A DNA stretch of 64,000 bases from Acidobacteriota bacterium (GCA_963666055.2 CAXWPH010000009.1:1-64000), one strand, 5' to 3'. Positions 20,382-30,124 are shown, counted from the first letter of the stretch. The notes: generated from the letters alone by a model not told the origin. Made by a program: numbers and translations.

Positions 20382-21881
20382 ATGAAGCAGAGCGCCGGGC
20401 AAACGCGCCGGACCAAGATCGTCTGCACGATCGGTCCGGCAACGCAGGAGCGCGACCAGCTCGAAGCTCTCATTGACGCTGGCATGGACGTGGCGCGGTT
20501 GAATTTCTCCCACGGGGAGCCGGAATGGCATCGCAGTACCGTTGCGCTCATCCGTGCCATCTCGGCCGAGCGGAAGCACCCCATCGGCATCATGCTGGAT
20601 ATTCCCGGCCCCAAGCTTCGGATCGGCGATATCCCCGATGGACCCATCTTTCTGGTTAGTGGCTCCGTCGTGCGACTCGTACCCGGCGACGCACCAGGAA
20701 ACGCCGGCGAGATCTCGGTCAACTACGCCGCGCTGCCGGACGAGCTGGAGCCCGCCGACCGGATCTTCCTCGGCGACGGCGATGTCGAGCTCGAGGTGGA
20801 ATCGACCGACAGCAAGACAGTGCACTGCCGCGTGATCTCCGGTGGACCCGTCTCTAGTCACAAGGGCATGAACTTTCCCACCAGGACGCTGTCGTTGCCC
20901 AGCATCACGCTCGCTGACCGAGACGCGATCGCGCTCGGCGTGGAGGTCAAGGTCGACTTCTTGGCGCTGTCGTTCGTTCGTAGCGGCGCCGACGTCGAGC
21001 TCGCACGCGGCGTGATTCTCGAACACGGTGGTAATTTGCCGGTGATCGCCAAGATCGAGAAGCACGAGGCGATGCAGAATCTGCAAGGGATCATCGAGCA
21101 GTCTGACGGATTGCTCGTGGCGCGTGGCGATCTGGCCGTAGAGATACCTCTGGAGGAGGTACCGCGAGCACAGAAATACATCATTCGGAGCGCTAACGTC
21201 GCCGGGAAGCCGGTGATCACTGCAACCCAGATGCTGCAATCGATGCTAACGGCCACACGACCAACACGTGCCGAGGCCACCGATGTAGCGAACGCTCTGT
21301 ACGACGGGACCGACGCCGTGATGCTGTCGGAAGAGACGGCGGTCGGGTCCAACCCGGTGGGCGCGGTGAACATTATGCGACGTATCTGCCTCGCCACCGA
21401 GCGCGACATGGAGTCACACGAGATCGAACGGAAACTGCCGTCGGAGCGTCGCGGCTCGGTCCCCGACGTGGTCGCCGCAGCGGCAGCCCTGGTCGCTCGC
21501 TTGCTGGAGGCAGCCGCGATTCTGGTTCCGACCCGCACCGGCAGCACGGCTATCAAGATGGCGGAGTTCCGACCGCGTCAGCCGATCCTGGCGATCAGCA
21601 CACACCCGGCAACAGTAGGAAAGCTGACGTTGACCTGGGGCGTGACCCCGTTGCTGGGGAGCGAGGTTCCAACCCACGAAGCGATGCTAGCGGAGGCCGA
21701 GGCGACCGCCCGTGAAGAGGGTTTGTTGCAAGAAGGTGACCTGGTGGTGATCACCGCCGGATTTCCGGTGGGTGGCCCCGGGACAACGAATACCTTGACG
21801 GTAAAGGCCATCGGTGAAGACTTGGCGGTTGGCAGATGGGATGATCATGCTGCTCTATTGACCGATTCCTATGACTCGTGA
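20382..21881 (+). CDS. pyk: pyruvate kinase
   Basis: Motifs TKIVCTIGPA, ARLNFSHG, IAKIE, VARGDL, ATQML, MLSEETA. Confidence 0.97.
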   Translation: MKQSAGQTRRTKIVCTIGPATQERDQLEALIDAGMDVARLNFSHGEPEWHRSTVALIRAISAERKHPIGIMLDIPGPKLRIGDIPDGPIFLVSGSVVRLVPGDAPGNAGEISVNYAALPDELEPADRIFLGDGDVELEVESTDSKTVHCRVISGGPVSSHKGMNFPTRTLSLPSITLADRDAIALGVEVKVDFLALSFVRSGADVELARGVILEHGGNLPVIAKIEKHEAMQNLQGIIEQSDGLLVARGDLAVEIPLEEVPRAQKYIIRSANVAGKPVITATQMLQSMLTATRPTRAEATDVANALYDGTDAVMLSEETAVGSNPVGAVNIMRRICLATERDMESHEIERKLPSERRGSVPDVVAAAAALVARLLEAAAILVPTRTGSTAIKMAEFRPRQPILAISTHPATVGKLTLTWGVTPLLGSEVPTHEAMLAEAEATAREEGLLQEGDLVVITAGFPVGGPGTTNTLTVKAIGEDLAVGRWDDHAALLTDSYDS

Positions 21882-22555
21882 GCGAGGGCGCGTCGATGTC
21901 GTCCCAGTCGATCGAGGACTACATCAAGGCGATCTTCGAGCTCGGCAGCGGTAAAGCTCCCGTGCGAACGTCGGCGATCGCTGAACGGCTGGAAGTGCGG
22001 CCCGCGTCGGTCAGCAACATGATGCGCCGGCTCGCAACTCTCGCTTTGGTCGAGCACGAACCCTATCGAGGCGTGACTCTGACCGCCGACGGCGAACGCC
22101 TGGCTCGACGGATGATCCGGCGCCATCGGCTGATTGAGCGTTTTCTGAGCGAGTACCTCGAGTACCCGTGGGACGAGGTTCACGCTGAAGCCGAACGCCT
22201 CGAGCACGCGGTAAGCCAGCGTTTCGTGGCGGCGCTCGATCGTCTGCTTCAAAATCCGGGCACCGATCCGCACGGAGCACCCATACCGGCCAGCGATGGA
22301 TCGATGGACGACCCCGAGTATCCGCCGTTGTCCGAGCTGGAGATCGGAGAGACCGCAATCGTGCGCCGTGTCAACGACGGCGACGCGGACCTCCTGCGCT
22401 ACCTTGGTGAGATCGGCGTGCGCCCCGATGTGGACCTGGAAATCGTCGATCGTGGAGCCCAGGGCGACCCCATGACGGTACGGGTCGGCGGCCGCATCTG
22501 CCATCTGGGTCATGCGGTCGCGGGCGGCGTGTTCGTGGAACGGGTCTCGGGATAG
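21878..22555 (+). CDS. DtxR/MntR family metal-dependent regulator with FeoA domain
   Basis: Motifs EDYIKAIF, RRHRLIERFL, VHAEAERLEHA, DPHGAPIP. Confidence 0.92.
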   Translation: MSEGASMSSQSIEDYIKAIFELGSGKAPVRTSAIAERLEVRPASVSNMMRRLATLALVEHEPYRGVTLTADGERLARRMIRRHRLIERFLSEYLEYPWDEVHAEAERLEHAVSQRFVAALDRLLQNPGTDPHGAPIPASDGSMDDPEYPPLSELEIGETAIVRRVNDGDADLLRYLGEIGVRPDVDLEIVDRGAQGDPMTVRVGGRICHLGHAVAGGVFVERVSG

Positions 22556-22607
22556 ACTCTCCACACTGCGGTTTCGAGCACTCCAACGAGCAACAAGGTC
22601 TTCTCAG

Positions 22608-23003
22608 ATGCCCGTCCTGCGACAAATCAGCGTTTTTCTGGAGAACGTCCCCGGCCGCCTGGCGACCCTCTGCAACACGCTGGAGTCGAGCGGCATCGAC
22701 CTGCGTGCCATGACAACCTCGGAAGGCAGCGACTATGGAGTCGTCCGCATACTCGTGGACGACGTCGACGGCGCCGAGGAAGCGCTTCGCAACGCCAGCT
22801 TGCCGTTTTCGACCATCGAGGTACTGGCGTTAGAGGTAACCGACGAGCCGGGCGCGCTGGGCAGGGTTGCGGTGCGTCTGGCAGAGGCCGGTATCAACGT
22901 CGAGTATGCGTACGCTACCGCCGTATCCGGAATGGCCCGGGCACTCTGTGTGTTCAAGGTAGCCGATCCGAACGGCGCCGAAGCGTCGCTCGGACAGCCC
23001 TAG
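22608..23003 (+). CDS. tandem ACT-domain protein
   Basis: Motifs QISVFLENVPGRL, DEPGALG, INVEYAY. Confidence 0.85.
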   Translation: MPVLRQISVFLENVPGRLATLCNTLESSGIDLRAMTTSEGSDYGVVRILVDDVDGAEEALRNASLPFSTIEVLALEVTDEPGALGRVAVRLAEAGINVEYAYATAVSGMARALCVFKVADPNGAEASLGQP

Positions 23004-23012
23004 CGTCTTGAA

Positions 23013-23438
23013 TTGGTACCGCACACGGTTGTTGTGGATTTCGCCGTAGCCCTGTTGGCCACATCGGTGGTATGCGATTTGCTGGCCAGCACGGTGGACG
23101 AAGGGGATCTTCGCATTGTCGCGTCCTGGACGCTGATATTCGGCGCGCTGGCGGCGGCATTCGCGGTGCTCTCTGGCTATGCTGCCCACAGCGCCGCGCT
23201 ACCGGCCGGCGCCGCGGAGGCGACCGTGCTGCGCCACCGATTCGGTGGTTGGATCGTACTGTTGACGTTTGCGCCGCTCGCTGCGTGGCGCCTGCTGTCC
23301 AGAGGACAGCTTCCAAAACGTGGCCGCAGCTTGTATTGGTTACTGGCGTTACTCGGTGCGGGGGCGCTTGCGGTCACCGCCTACCTCGGCGGCAGCGCGG
23401 TATTCCGGCACGGCGTCGGGGTCGCCCTGGCACCCTGA
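23013..23438 (+). CDS. DUF2231-like membrane protein
   Basis: Four hydrophobic helices, PHxxVVxFxVAL start, YLGGSAVFRHGVGV end. Confidence 0.7.
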   Translation: MVPHTVVVDFAVALLATSVVCDLLASTVDEGDLRIVASWTLIFGALAAAFAVLSGYAAHSAALPAGAAEATVLRHRFGGWIVLLTFAPLAAWRLLSRGQLPKRGRSLYWLLALLGAGALAVTAYLGGSAVFRHGVGVALAP

Positions 23439-23563
23439 TGCGCAGCGGCGCGCCCCTGAGGGCACAACCTCGGACGTCGGCCGCGCCCGGCCGCGATCCC
23501 GTGCCTGTTTGTGATGGGCACGAGGTTTCCCTGGTTGTTACAATCTAGCGCCGAGGAGGGTTT

Positions 23564-23944
23564 ATGCGCTTCACGGTGTCTGAGATCGCAATGGCAACCC
23601 GTCTGCGCGGTGCCGGGCTTCAATGGGATCCGCAGCCAGGCCACTACATTTTCGACATCGACGGCGTCATGAAAGCCGGATCACCGCTCCAGGCCAGCGT
23701 GTACCTGATCGCCAGCCCGAATCAGACTGCCTCCGCGGCTGGGGGCCATGAGATTCTGGCAAGCGGCTTCGCGTGGCTACCGACATGGGAAGATGCGCGC
23801 GCCTGGCTCGTGGACCGCGGAGTCAGCCCGAAGCAATTGGCCAGGGCGCTCGAGAACGGGCTGGAGGAAGGCCTCAGCGACCGCGAGTCGCTGTACACGC
23901 TGATTATCGAGCACCTCGAGAAGGACTCGCAGGAAAGCACATAA
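23564..23944 (+). CDS. hypothetical protein
   Basis: Strong RBS GAGGAGG; translationally coupled (TAATG) to the next gene. Confidence 0.7.
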   Translation: MRFTVSEIAMATRLRGAGLQWDPQPGHYIFDIDGVMKAGSPLQASVYLIASPNQTASAAGGHEILASGFAWLPTWEDARAWLVDRGVSPKQLARALENGLEEGLSDRESLYTLIIEHLEKDSQEST

Positions 23945-24870
23945 TGTCCTGGAACCGAATCGGGGCTCTTCGCCTCCTGATCGTAGCCTGCGCTCTGCTG
24001 CTACCGGCGTGCAACCAGACGCCGACGGAGATCACACCGTTACCCCGAGCTGTCGGAGAGGTCCAGGCGATATTGGTGGACGTGACCTCGTTACAGCCGC
24101 TGGACCCTGGAACGGACGGCATCTACTACCTGTGGGCGCTGCTCGAGCGTAACGAATCGCAAAGCCTCGGCGCATTCAATATCGGCGCCAGCGGCCAAAT
24201 GGTCGATACTTCGGGGGCCCCGCTCGGCGAGTTTCGCTCCGACCAATTCTCTTTGCGCGAAACGCTCAGGATGCTGATCACCATCGAGTCAGATGCCGAG
24301 GCGCCGTCGGCCCCTAGCGGTATGCAGATGCTTTCCGGTACTTTCATCGAGGGGGTGGCGACGCTCACGGTGCCTATCTCGTCGGCGATTATGAGCGCCA
24401 GCGGTAGTGTACAAATCTTCACACCGACGGACGGTCCGGACACCAACGAGACCTCCGGGTTCTGGATGGTGGATGGCAACGGCGATCCTTCAGTGAGCCT
24501 GCCCGACACTACCGCCGCGCTGATCTATGAGACATTCATCGACATCAACGGCAGCTCCCTCGGCGTCGGCCGGTTCGACCGCTCGGACCAAGCTGACGAC
24601 TTGTGTCGATTCTGCGCTGACGATGCGCCGGCACCGGAGCGCCCCGGGGAAGACTTGCTGGTCAACGCGCCCGACGGCCTGACGTTCCCCGCGAGTCTTG
24701 CCGGGGCCCGCATTACCGTGAGTCTCGAGGGCCGGACGTTTGATTTTTTTCCTCGATCACAGCTGATCGTTCTGGAGGGATTTGTTCCGGTTGGCGTGAC
24801 ACCGAGGACGCTCCTCCCGTTGATCAATCGGACCGACTCCTTTCCCTCTGGCACAGCCATCCTCTTCTAG
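23944..24870 (+). CDS. hypothetical lipoprotein
   Basis: Signal peptide with lipobox-like LLPAC. Confidence 0.75.
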   Translation: MSWNRIGALRLLIVACALLLPACNQTPTEITPLPRAVGEVQAILVDVTSLQPLDPGTDGIYYLWALLERNESQSLGAFNIGASGQMVDTSGAPLGEFRSDQFSLRETLRMLITIESDAEAPSAPSGMQMLSGTFIEGVATLTVPISSAIMSASGSVQIFTPTDGPDTNETSGFWMVDGNGDPSVSLPDTTAALIYETFIDINGSSLGVGRFDRSDQADDLCRFCADDAPAPERPGEDLLVNAPDGLTFPASLAGARITVSLEGRTFDFFPRSQLIVLEGFVPVGVTPRTLLPLINRTDSFPSGTAILF

Positions 24871-24879
24871 GAGCATCGC

Positions 24880-25569
24880 TTGAAGTTGCGCTCGCTTCCC
24901 GCCGCTTTGCTGTTGATCGGGCTGGCGCTTGCGCCGAACGCAGCAAACGCATCGCCGGCAGGAAGCCTGATTCCACCGACGGCGGATGAGGAAAACAATC
25001 GACGCGGCGCCGGGACCGTCGGTCTGTTTGATCTTCAGCAGACCATCCGTCGCAGCGACCGGCCGCCTTCGGACCCGGTCGGTGGGTTCCAGATCAGCCT
25101 TATCGGAGCAGTGCAGATGCGTGGTTCGGCTTCAGGTCAGGCGGGTATCGCCTTCAGCTATTTCAAGCGCTCGACCGGCAACGTGGGCATCGAGTTCGAG
25201 GGCGGTATGACGCGCGGTCCCAACGGCCAGATCAACCACGGGCTGATCAGCTTCATCTTTCAGTCTGGCGGGCGGTCCAGCAAGCTAGCACCTTACCTGG
25301 CGGTGGGCGGCGGCATCTTTCATGCCAACGAGCGGTTGCGGGATCGGGTGGTCGAGGCGCTGCCAACGTTCGGTATCGAGCCGATGGAAGGGCTCGAGAC
25401 GGGCCCGTTGATCGCCTTCGGGCTCGGCTTTCGCTTCTATCTTTCGGAGAAGGTATCTTTCCGCGCCGACTATCGGGAGATGAAGGCGATTACCAGTGGC
25501 AGCGGGAGTCTGTTCAACCGCCTCTTCTCGCTACGCCGCATCGGCGGATTCCTGTCGTTCCAGCTCTAG
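24880..25569 (+). CDS. outer-membrane beta-barrel protein
   Basis: Signal peptide, amphipathic strands (PYLAVGGG, FGLGFRFYL, FRADYR), C-terminal FLSFQL. Confidence 0.75.
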   Translation: MKLRSLPAALLLIGLALAPNAANASPAGSLIPPTADEENNRRGAGTVGLFDLQQTIRRSDRPPSDPVGGFQISLIGAVQMRGSASGQAGIAFSYFKRSTGNVGIEFEGGMTRGPNGQINHGLISFIFQSGGRSSKLAPYLAVGGGIFHANERLRDRVVEALPTFGIEPMEGLETGPLIAFGLGFRFYLSEKVSFRADYREMKAITSGSGSLFNRLFSLRRIGGFLSFQL

Positions 25570-25843
25570 TGGCCTGTAACAGATGATCGTTGCATATCGT
25601 GGTGGCGAAATGGGTCCGGATGCCAGGCGCGACGACGAGACGATGTTTGCCCATCGTGGAGGAGGAGCAACGCCGCAGACGGGCCGATTTCGCCGCCATC
25701 CTGCGGACAGATGGGCAGTTGCGGGCGATCTCGGCGTTGCGCCTCGTCGACGATGCCCATTGCATCGCCTTCCTCGCCGCGCCTTGATCTCACCCGCAAA
25801 TCCCATCTGCGATATGTAACAATTATCTGTTACAGGCCGCTAG
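25566..25843. mobile_element. MITE-like / REP-like inverted-repeat element
   Basis: CTAG at both ends; about 34-bp imperfect terminal inverted repeats (CTAGTGGCCTGTAACAGATGATCGTTGCATATCG vs CGATATGTAACAATTATCTGTTACAGGCCGCTAG); two inverted copies of an internal unit shared with element 50-218. Confidence 0.75.
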
Positions 25844-25859
25844 GGCCTGAGTCAGGACA

Positions 25860-26010
25860 ATGGCAGGGTGTCCGCACCCGCAAGCGAAAGGCCGCCGGGC
25901 ACCTGCCGGGCTAGCTCACCGGGTTCAGAGCGAGGGTCCCCTGTTTCCCCTTCCGTCCGACGTTGTCCCGGTTCCGCGAGCCAGCCCGACTGATGCCCGG
26001 CGGCCTCACG
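25860..26010 (-). ncRNA. candidate sigma54-dependent small RNA (long hairpin, GGA-rich loop)
   Basis: Long stem 25889-26006 starts about 4 nt after the predicted +1 of a sigma54 promoter; seven GGA motifs; no convincing ORF. Confidence 0.6.
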
Positions 26011-26020
26011 ACTCTCAAAG

Positions 26021-26036
26021 TGCAAGTATGATGCCA
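26021..26036 (-). promoter_or_regulatory. sigma54 (-24/-12) promoter
   Basis: Minus strand TGGCATCATACTTGCA = GG-N10-GC, matching TGGCA-N6-TTGC; immediately downstream of a bEBP gene. Confidence 0.8.
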
Positions 26037-26216
26037 ATCCAAGGCTGGCGAGAACACAGAGACCGCTCCAGCATCGTCGAGCAACGGTAAGTCCCCTCCT
26101 GTCAGCGGCTTCGCCGCAGCAGCGCAACCTCGCTGAGGAGCGCGGCGCGTTCCGATCACGAGTCGGACAACGGTGATCTGCGTTGCCTTCGACGGCGGGT
26201 CGACGACGCGGTGTGG

Positions 26217-27743
26217 TCAGCGTCGATGCGTCGACGCCTCTGCCTCGGGCACGTCGATGCGGTGCCGGCGCAGCTTGTGGTACAGCGAAGTGCGCGGGAT
26301 CCCCAGCACCTCAGCGGCTCGTGTCTTGTTGCCCTTCACCGCAGCGAGCACGCGACGAATATGCGCCGCGACAACGCTGTCGAGCTTGGCGTCGCCCAGA
26401 TCAGCTTCCGACAGCGCCGCATTAGCGTCGACCATCGGCGCCTCTACTTTGCTCATCGACGCGCTGATCGCCGGCGGTAGATCCTCGACTAGGATCTGCG
26501 CCGACTCCGACAGCACCGCTGCACGACGGACAGCGTTACGCAGCTCGCGCACGTTGCCCGGCCAATCGTAGCCGATCAGCGCTGCCGAGGCGTCGTCGCT
26601 GAACCCGGTCGGGCCGCGGCCATTCTCTTCCACGAAGTCACGTCGAAAGTGCTCGGCAAGCAGCGGGATGTCCTCGCGACGCTCGCGTAGCGCCGGTACG
26701 TGCAATCCGAAAACATTGAAGCGATAGTAGAGGTCCTCGCGAAAGGAACCCTCGTCGACCAACGTGCGGAGGTCCTGGTTGCTGGCCGCGATGAAACGCA
26801 CGTCGACGCGTCGCGCACCGCGATCCTCCCCTACTTTCTGGATCTCCCCGTACTCCAGCGCGCGCAGAAGCATCACTTGCAATCGTGGGCTCATGGCCTC
26901 GAGCTCGTCGAGAAACAGTGTGCCGCCGTCGGCCAGCTCCATCTTGCCGGCCTTGTCCCGGTGTGCACCAGTGAAGGAGCCCCGGACATGCCCGAACAAC
27001 TCGGATGCGAGGAGGTCGTCGGCGAACGCGCCACAATTGACGATCATCAACTCGCGATCACGTCGCGGCGAGAAATAGTGCACCCCGTGGGCAAGGAGCT
27101 CCTTGCCCACGCCGCTCTCCCCGGTCACAAGTACGGGCTCCTTGGTGGGCGCAACCCGTTTGACCAGCGCTTCGATGTCGCGAATCTGCTTCGAGATCCC
27201 GACAATCTCGACGTTGTAACCGCGGCGGCGAGAGTAACGCGTCAGCCACAAGCGTCCGATGACCATCGAGATGGCCTCGGCGAACTCCTCAAGCCGTTCC
27301 CGATGCTCGCGGGTATAGTGGCCGCGCTCCCGAGACTCGACCGATAACACGCCGATCGCCTCGCCCTGCAGCCGGATTGGAACCACCAGGTCGGCCTGTA
27401 CATCCTTGAAGGCCGGGAAGTAGTACGGGTCCTCGCTAACGTCGTTGGACATGTAGGTCTGGTTGTTGTGGTAGACCCACGTGATGATGCCAGGTGACTG
27501 GGTGTCGAGCTCCAGCAGGTTCGGAAGGTCGGCGAGCAACTCTCCTTTTTCGCGGTGGGCAATCAGCCGAACATCGCCGTCCTCGTTCTCCATCACGAAG
27601 ATCGAACCGTAGTCGCTCTCGGTCAGCGTCTTGGCGAAGTCGACAAAATCCGCCAGCACAGGCTCGAGCACCTGGTCGCTGGAATAGACGTCGAGGCATA
27701 CTTTCTGGAGAATGTCGCGCGACAGCGTATCGGATGTCGACAT
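26217..27743 (-). CDS. GAF-domain sigma54-dependent Fis-family activator (bEBP)
   Basis: N-terminal GAF, GESGVGKE, ELFGHVRGSFTGA, FREDLYYR, WPGNVREL, C-terminal Fis HTH. Confidence 0.95.
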   Translation of the reverse strand: MSTSDTLSRDILQKVCLDVYSSDQVLEPVLADFVDFAKTLTESDYGSIFVMENEDGDVRLIAHREKGELLADLPNLLELDTQSPGIITWVYHNNQTYMSNDVSEDPYYFPAFKDVQADLVVPIRLQGEAIGVLSVESRERGHYTREHRERLEEFAEAISMVIGRLWLTRYSRRRGYNVEIVGISKQIRDIEALVKRVAPTKEPVLVTGESGVGKELLAHGVHYFSPRRDRELMIVNCGAFADDLLASELFGHVRGSFTGAHRDKAGKMELADGGTLFLDELEAMSPRLQVMLLRALEYGEIQKVGEDRGARRVDVRFIAASNQDLRTLVDEGSFREDLYYRFNVFGLHVPALRERREDIPLLAEHFRRDFVEENGRGPTGFSDDASAALIGYDWPGNVRELRNAVRRAAVLSESAQILVEDLPPAISASMSKVEAPMVDANAALSEADLGDAKLDSVVAAHIRRVLAAVKGNKTRAAEVLGIPRTSLYHKLRRHRIDVPEAEASTHRR

Positions 27744-27752
27744 GCGGTCATT

Positions 27753-29219
27753 CTATCTCGACTGCCCGACCGTCTCCGCGTCCGTGACGACAAGCGATAG
27801 CTGCTGCAGCTCCGGCGACCATCGCAAGCCCCAGGCGGCCGCAAAGTCGACACCGAGCACGGCCTGTGGTGCCACCCAGCTCGAGCCAGGAGGTGCACCA
27901 AACTGGGACTCGACTCGATAGATGTATGGCGCCCCGAAACCACCGAGTCGGGTGGCGAGTATGACGCTCTCTGTGATCCGACGGTCGATCGGCTCGGCAT
28001 CGTGTACGGTCGCCTGCACCAACCCATCGTGGCTGATGCGTGACGGCCCCGACAGGTCGATGCTTGCCGCCACCCGTACCGTCAACAGTCGAGGAAACAA
28101 CAGCAGCTGCGCCTCCAGCCCATCGATGGGCACGCGTACATCGATCCAGTGCATTGCACGAGCCTTGGGCTCGCTCGACCACGGAGCATCGCTGATGGCC
28201 GACAAATCGAGGCGCGGCGGCCTGATGACCATGCGATCCTCGCTGAGCCACAACTCCCAACCGAGCGTCGAGATAACGTCGAAACCGAGCTCGCCATCGG
28301 CGCCGTCCACCGCCTGCAGCACGAATGGTACCGCCGCCGAAGTCACCCGGCCCAGCTCGACGGGCGCGACGGCGTGGCCGCCACTTTCCGGGTCGCCGTG
28401 GACGACCAGTCCGACCCGGCCGACCAACTCGGGCGACAGCGTCGATCGCGGCGACTGAAGCGACAGTCTCAGGCGTGCCGTCGCGCCACCCATGCGGACA
28501 ACAACGATCGGCGCACCCGCAGCATCACGTTCCAACGGCACCGTCCCGGCAACGCCATTCCAAACGATCGCCGCCCCGCCGGAGTGCTGCGGCACGGTTG
28601 CCGCCGCCGCCGCCGCGGTCGCCAGTCGCGAGCGAGCGGCCGCATCTTCCGAAGCTTCGGCGGCGGCGCTCAAGTGCTGGGCCGCCGCGGTCGAATTCCC
28701 CTGTCGCCAGGCTAGCGCAGCCAGCAACCGCAGCGCCCGGGCTCGCGTCCGTTGGTCGGTTGCGAGCTGCTCGGCCAGCGATCTCGCCTCATCGAGCCGC
28801 CCGAGGGCAGCGGCGGCGCGGGCTAGCCCGAGCATCCCCTCCGATGACCCCGATCCCGCAGCACGACGAAAGAAGCTCTCAGCTTCGAGCAGTTCGCCAG
28901 AGCGCCACAGCGCCCGTCCGAGCCAACTCCAAGATTCAGGTCCCGGGGCGCGACGTTCGTACAACCTTGCCCTGGTCAGCGCGGCGGTGATCTCGCCGGC
29001 GTCCAGAAGCTGACGCATTTCGGACTGAACCAAGATCGCCGGGCTGTCGATACCGGGTCCGGCTCCCGCACAGCCCCAAGTCCCGACAACAAGCGCCGCC
29101 CGTCCGAGCGAGCTCAATGACCACGTCAGGGGGCGTAAAAGCCGGCCCAGCCCACTTCTGTCGCCTCGGGATCCGATGCTATGATCTGCGCTGGAAGGGA
29201 GGCATATGAAGATCGACAA
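27753..29219 (-). CDS. TPR-containing putative lipoprotein with degenerate aspartyl-protease-like domains; true start probably downstream
   Basis: WGC lipobox-like motif, TPR-like helices, DGELGFDV / AVLGVDF motifs; no intact DTG. Confidence 0.6.
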   Translation of the reverse strand: MSIFICLPSSADHSIGSRGDRSGLGRLLRPLTWSLSSLGRAALVVGTWGCAGAGPGIDSPAILVQSEMRQLLDAGEITAALTRARLYERRAPGPESWSWLGRALWRSGELLEAESFFRRAAGSGSSEGMLGLARAAAALGRLDEARSLAEQLATDQRTRARALRLLAALAWRQGNSTAAAQHLSAAAEASEDAAARSRLATAAAAAATVPQHSGGAAIVWNGVAGTVPLERDAAGAPIVVVRMGGATARLRLSLQSPRSTLSPELVGRVGLVVHGDPESGGHAVAPVELGRVTSAAVPFVLQAVDGADGELGFDVISTLGWELWLSEDRMVIRPPRLDLSAISDAPWSSEPKARAMHWIDVRVPIDGLEAQLLLFPRLLTVRVAASIDLSGPSRISHDGLVQATVHDAEPIDRRITESVILATRLGGFGAPYIYRVESQFGAPPGSSWVAPQAVLGVDFAAAWGLRWSPELQQLSLVVTDAETVGQSR

Positions 29220-29451
29220 CTACCTGTCTCGCTGGCATGAGTTTCGCGAATGGTCAGCGACAAACCGGCCCGATATCGTACCTTCGGTAGAGAATCTCGG
29301 CTGCGAACTTCGTGGCGCGATCACCCAATACCGGCAAGCCACCGACCCCAACCAGCGCCAGATCCGCATGGATCTCATCAAACAGCACTACGATCGCGTG
29401 GTCCAGTGGCACATGGAGGAGATCCTATCCAAGCTCGATCGCGAGCCCTAG
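29206..29451 (+). CDS. hypothetical protein
   Basis: RBS GGAGG plus ATG, 81 aa, plausible composition. Confidence 0.65.
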   Translation: MKIDNYLSRWHEFREWSATNRPDIVPSVENLGCELRGAITQYRQATDPNQRQIRMDLIKQHYDRVVQWHMEEILSKLDREP

Positions 29452-29777
29452 TAGGCCTCTGCGCGTAGGTAGACTCCTGCGGCGATTCGGGAACGAGTCC
29501 GGCCCAACGATTGCACCTCACATTCGACCCGCTGGTACAGGCCATTGGCGACGTCCTCGAACTCGTCGAGCCGTTCCATCTCGGCGGCCGCAACCTGGCG
29601 GAACAGCAACCCGACGATCTGCTGGCCGGCCGCCGGGCGCGCCTGATAGTGGCCGGTCGCGGGGTTGATCTCGCGCTGGTGGTCATGCAGGAGGGCCGGG
29701 ACACAGATCGGCATCCGGCCTAGTAGGCCGACGATGATCTCCGCCCGGCACAGCTCGCCGTAGACGAACAGGTTCAA
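29448..29777 (-). CDS. gamma-glutamylcyclotransferase/AIG2-like protein
   Basis: Motifs LFVYGEL, LDEFED...YQR. Confidence 0.75.
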   Translation of the reverse strand: MNLFVYGELCRAEIIVGLLGRMPICVPALLHDHQREINPATGHYQARPAAGQQIVGLLFRQVAAAEMERLDEFEDVANGLYQRVECEVQSLGRTRSRIAAGVYLRAEAY

Positions 29778-30124
29778 CCGTCGGCGTCCGCCGCCGCCTG
29801 AAGTCGATGCGCCAGCGTCTTGATTTCCCGCCGCTGCGGGAAGCTGAGATGCTGTCCCAGATCGGATTCGATGCGCAACATCAGCAGCGCTGCGTCGACA
29901 GCGGTGGCCACCAGCTCATCCGAACGCCCGGCTCCATTGGCCGGTGCATCGGTGCCACCGGCTCCTGGCTGTGACTCGACCCAACGCTCGAGCTCATCGC
30001 GATCGAAGCGTACGTTGAAGCCGAGCTTGCGATGCGGCACTTTGCCGGTCCGGACCCACTCGTACAGTGTCTTGGGCCGGATGCCGAGGAACTCTGCCGC
30101 CTGATCGACGCGCCAGAGAGTCAT
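29774..30124 (-). CDS. excisionase-like helix-turn-helix (HTH_17/BldC-like) protein with C-terminal extension
   Basis: VDQAAEFLGIRPKTLYEWVRTGKVPHRKLGFNVRFDRDELERWV. Confidence 0.88.
   Translation of the reverse strand: MTLWRVDQAAEFLGIRPKTLYEWVRTGKVPHRKLGFNVRFDRDELERWVESQPGAGGTDAPANGAGRSDELVATAVDAALLMLRIESDLGQHLSFPQRREIKTLAHRLQAAADADG

Noticed and set aside
25889-26006. SRP (4.5S) or 6S RNA
   Set aside because: The size is SRP-like and C-GGAA-G is present, but the CAGG…GGAA…AGCAG internal loop is absent and GGAA is not at the apex. It is too short for 6S and lacks the central-bubble-plus-terminal-stem layout.
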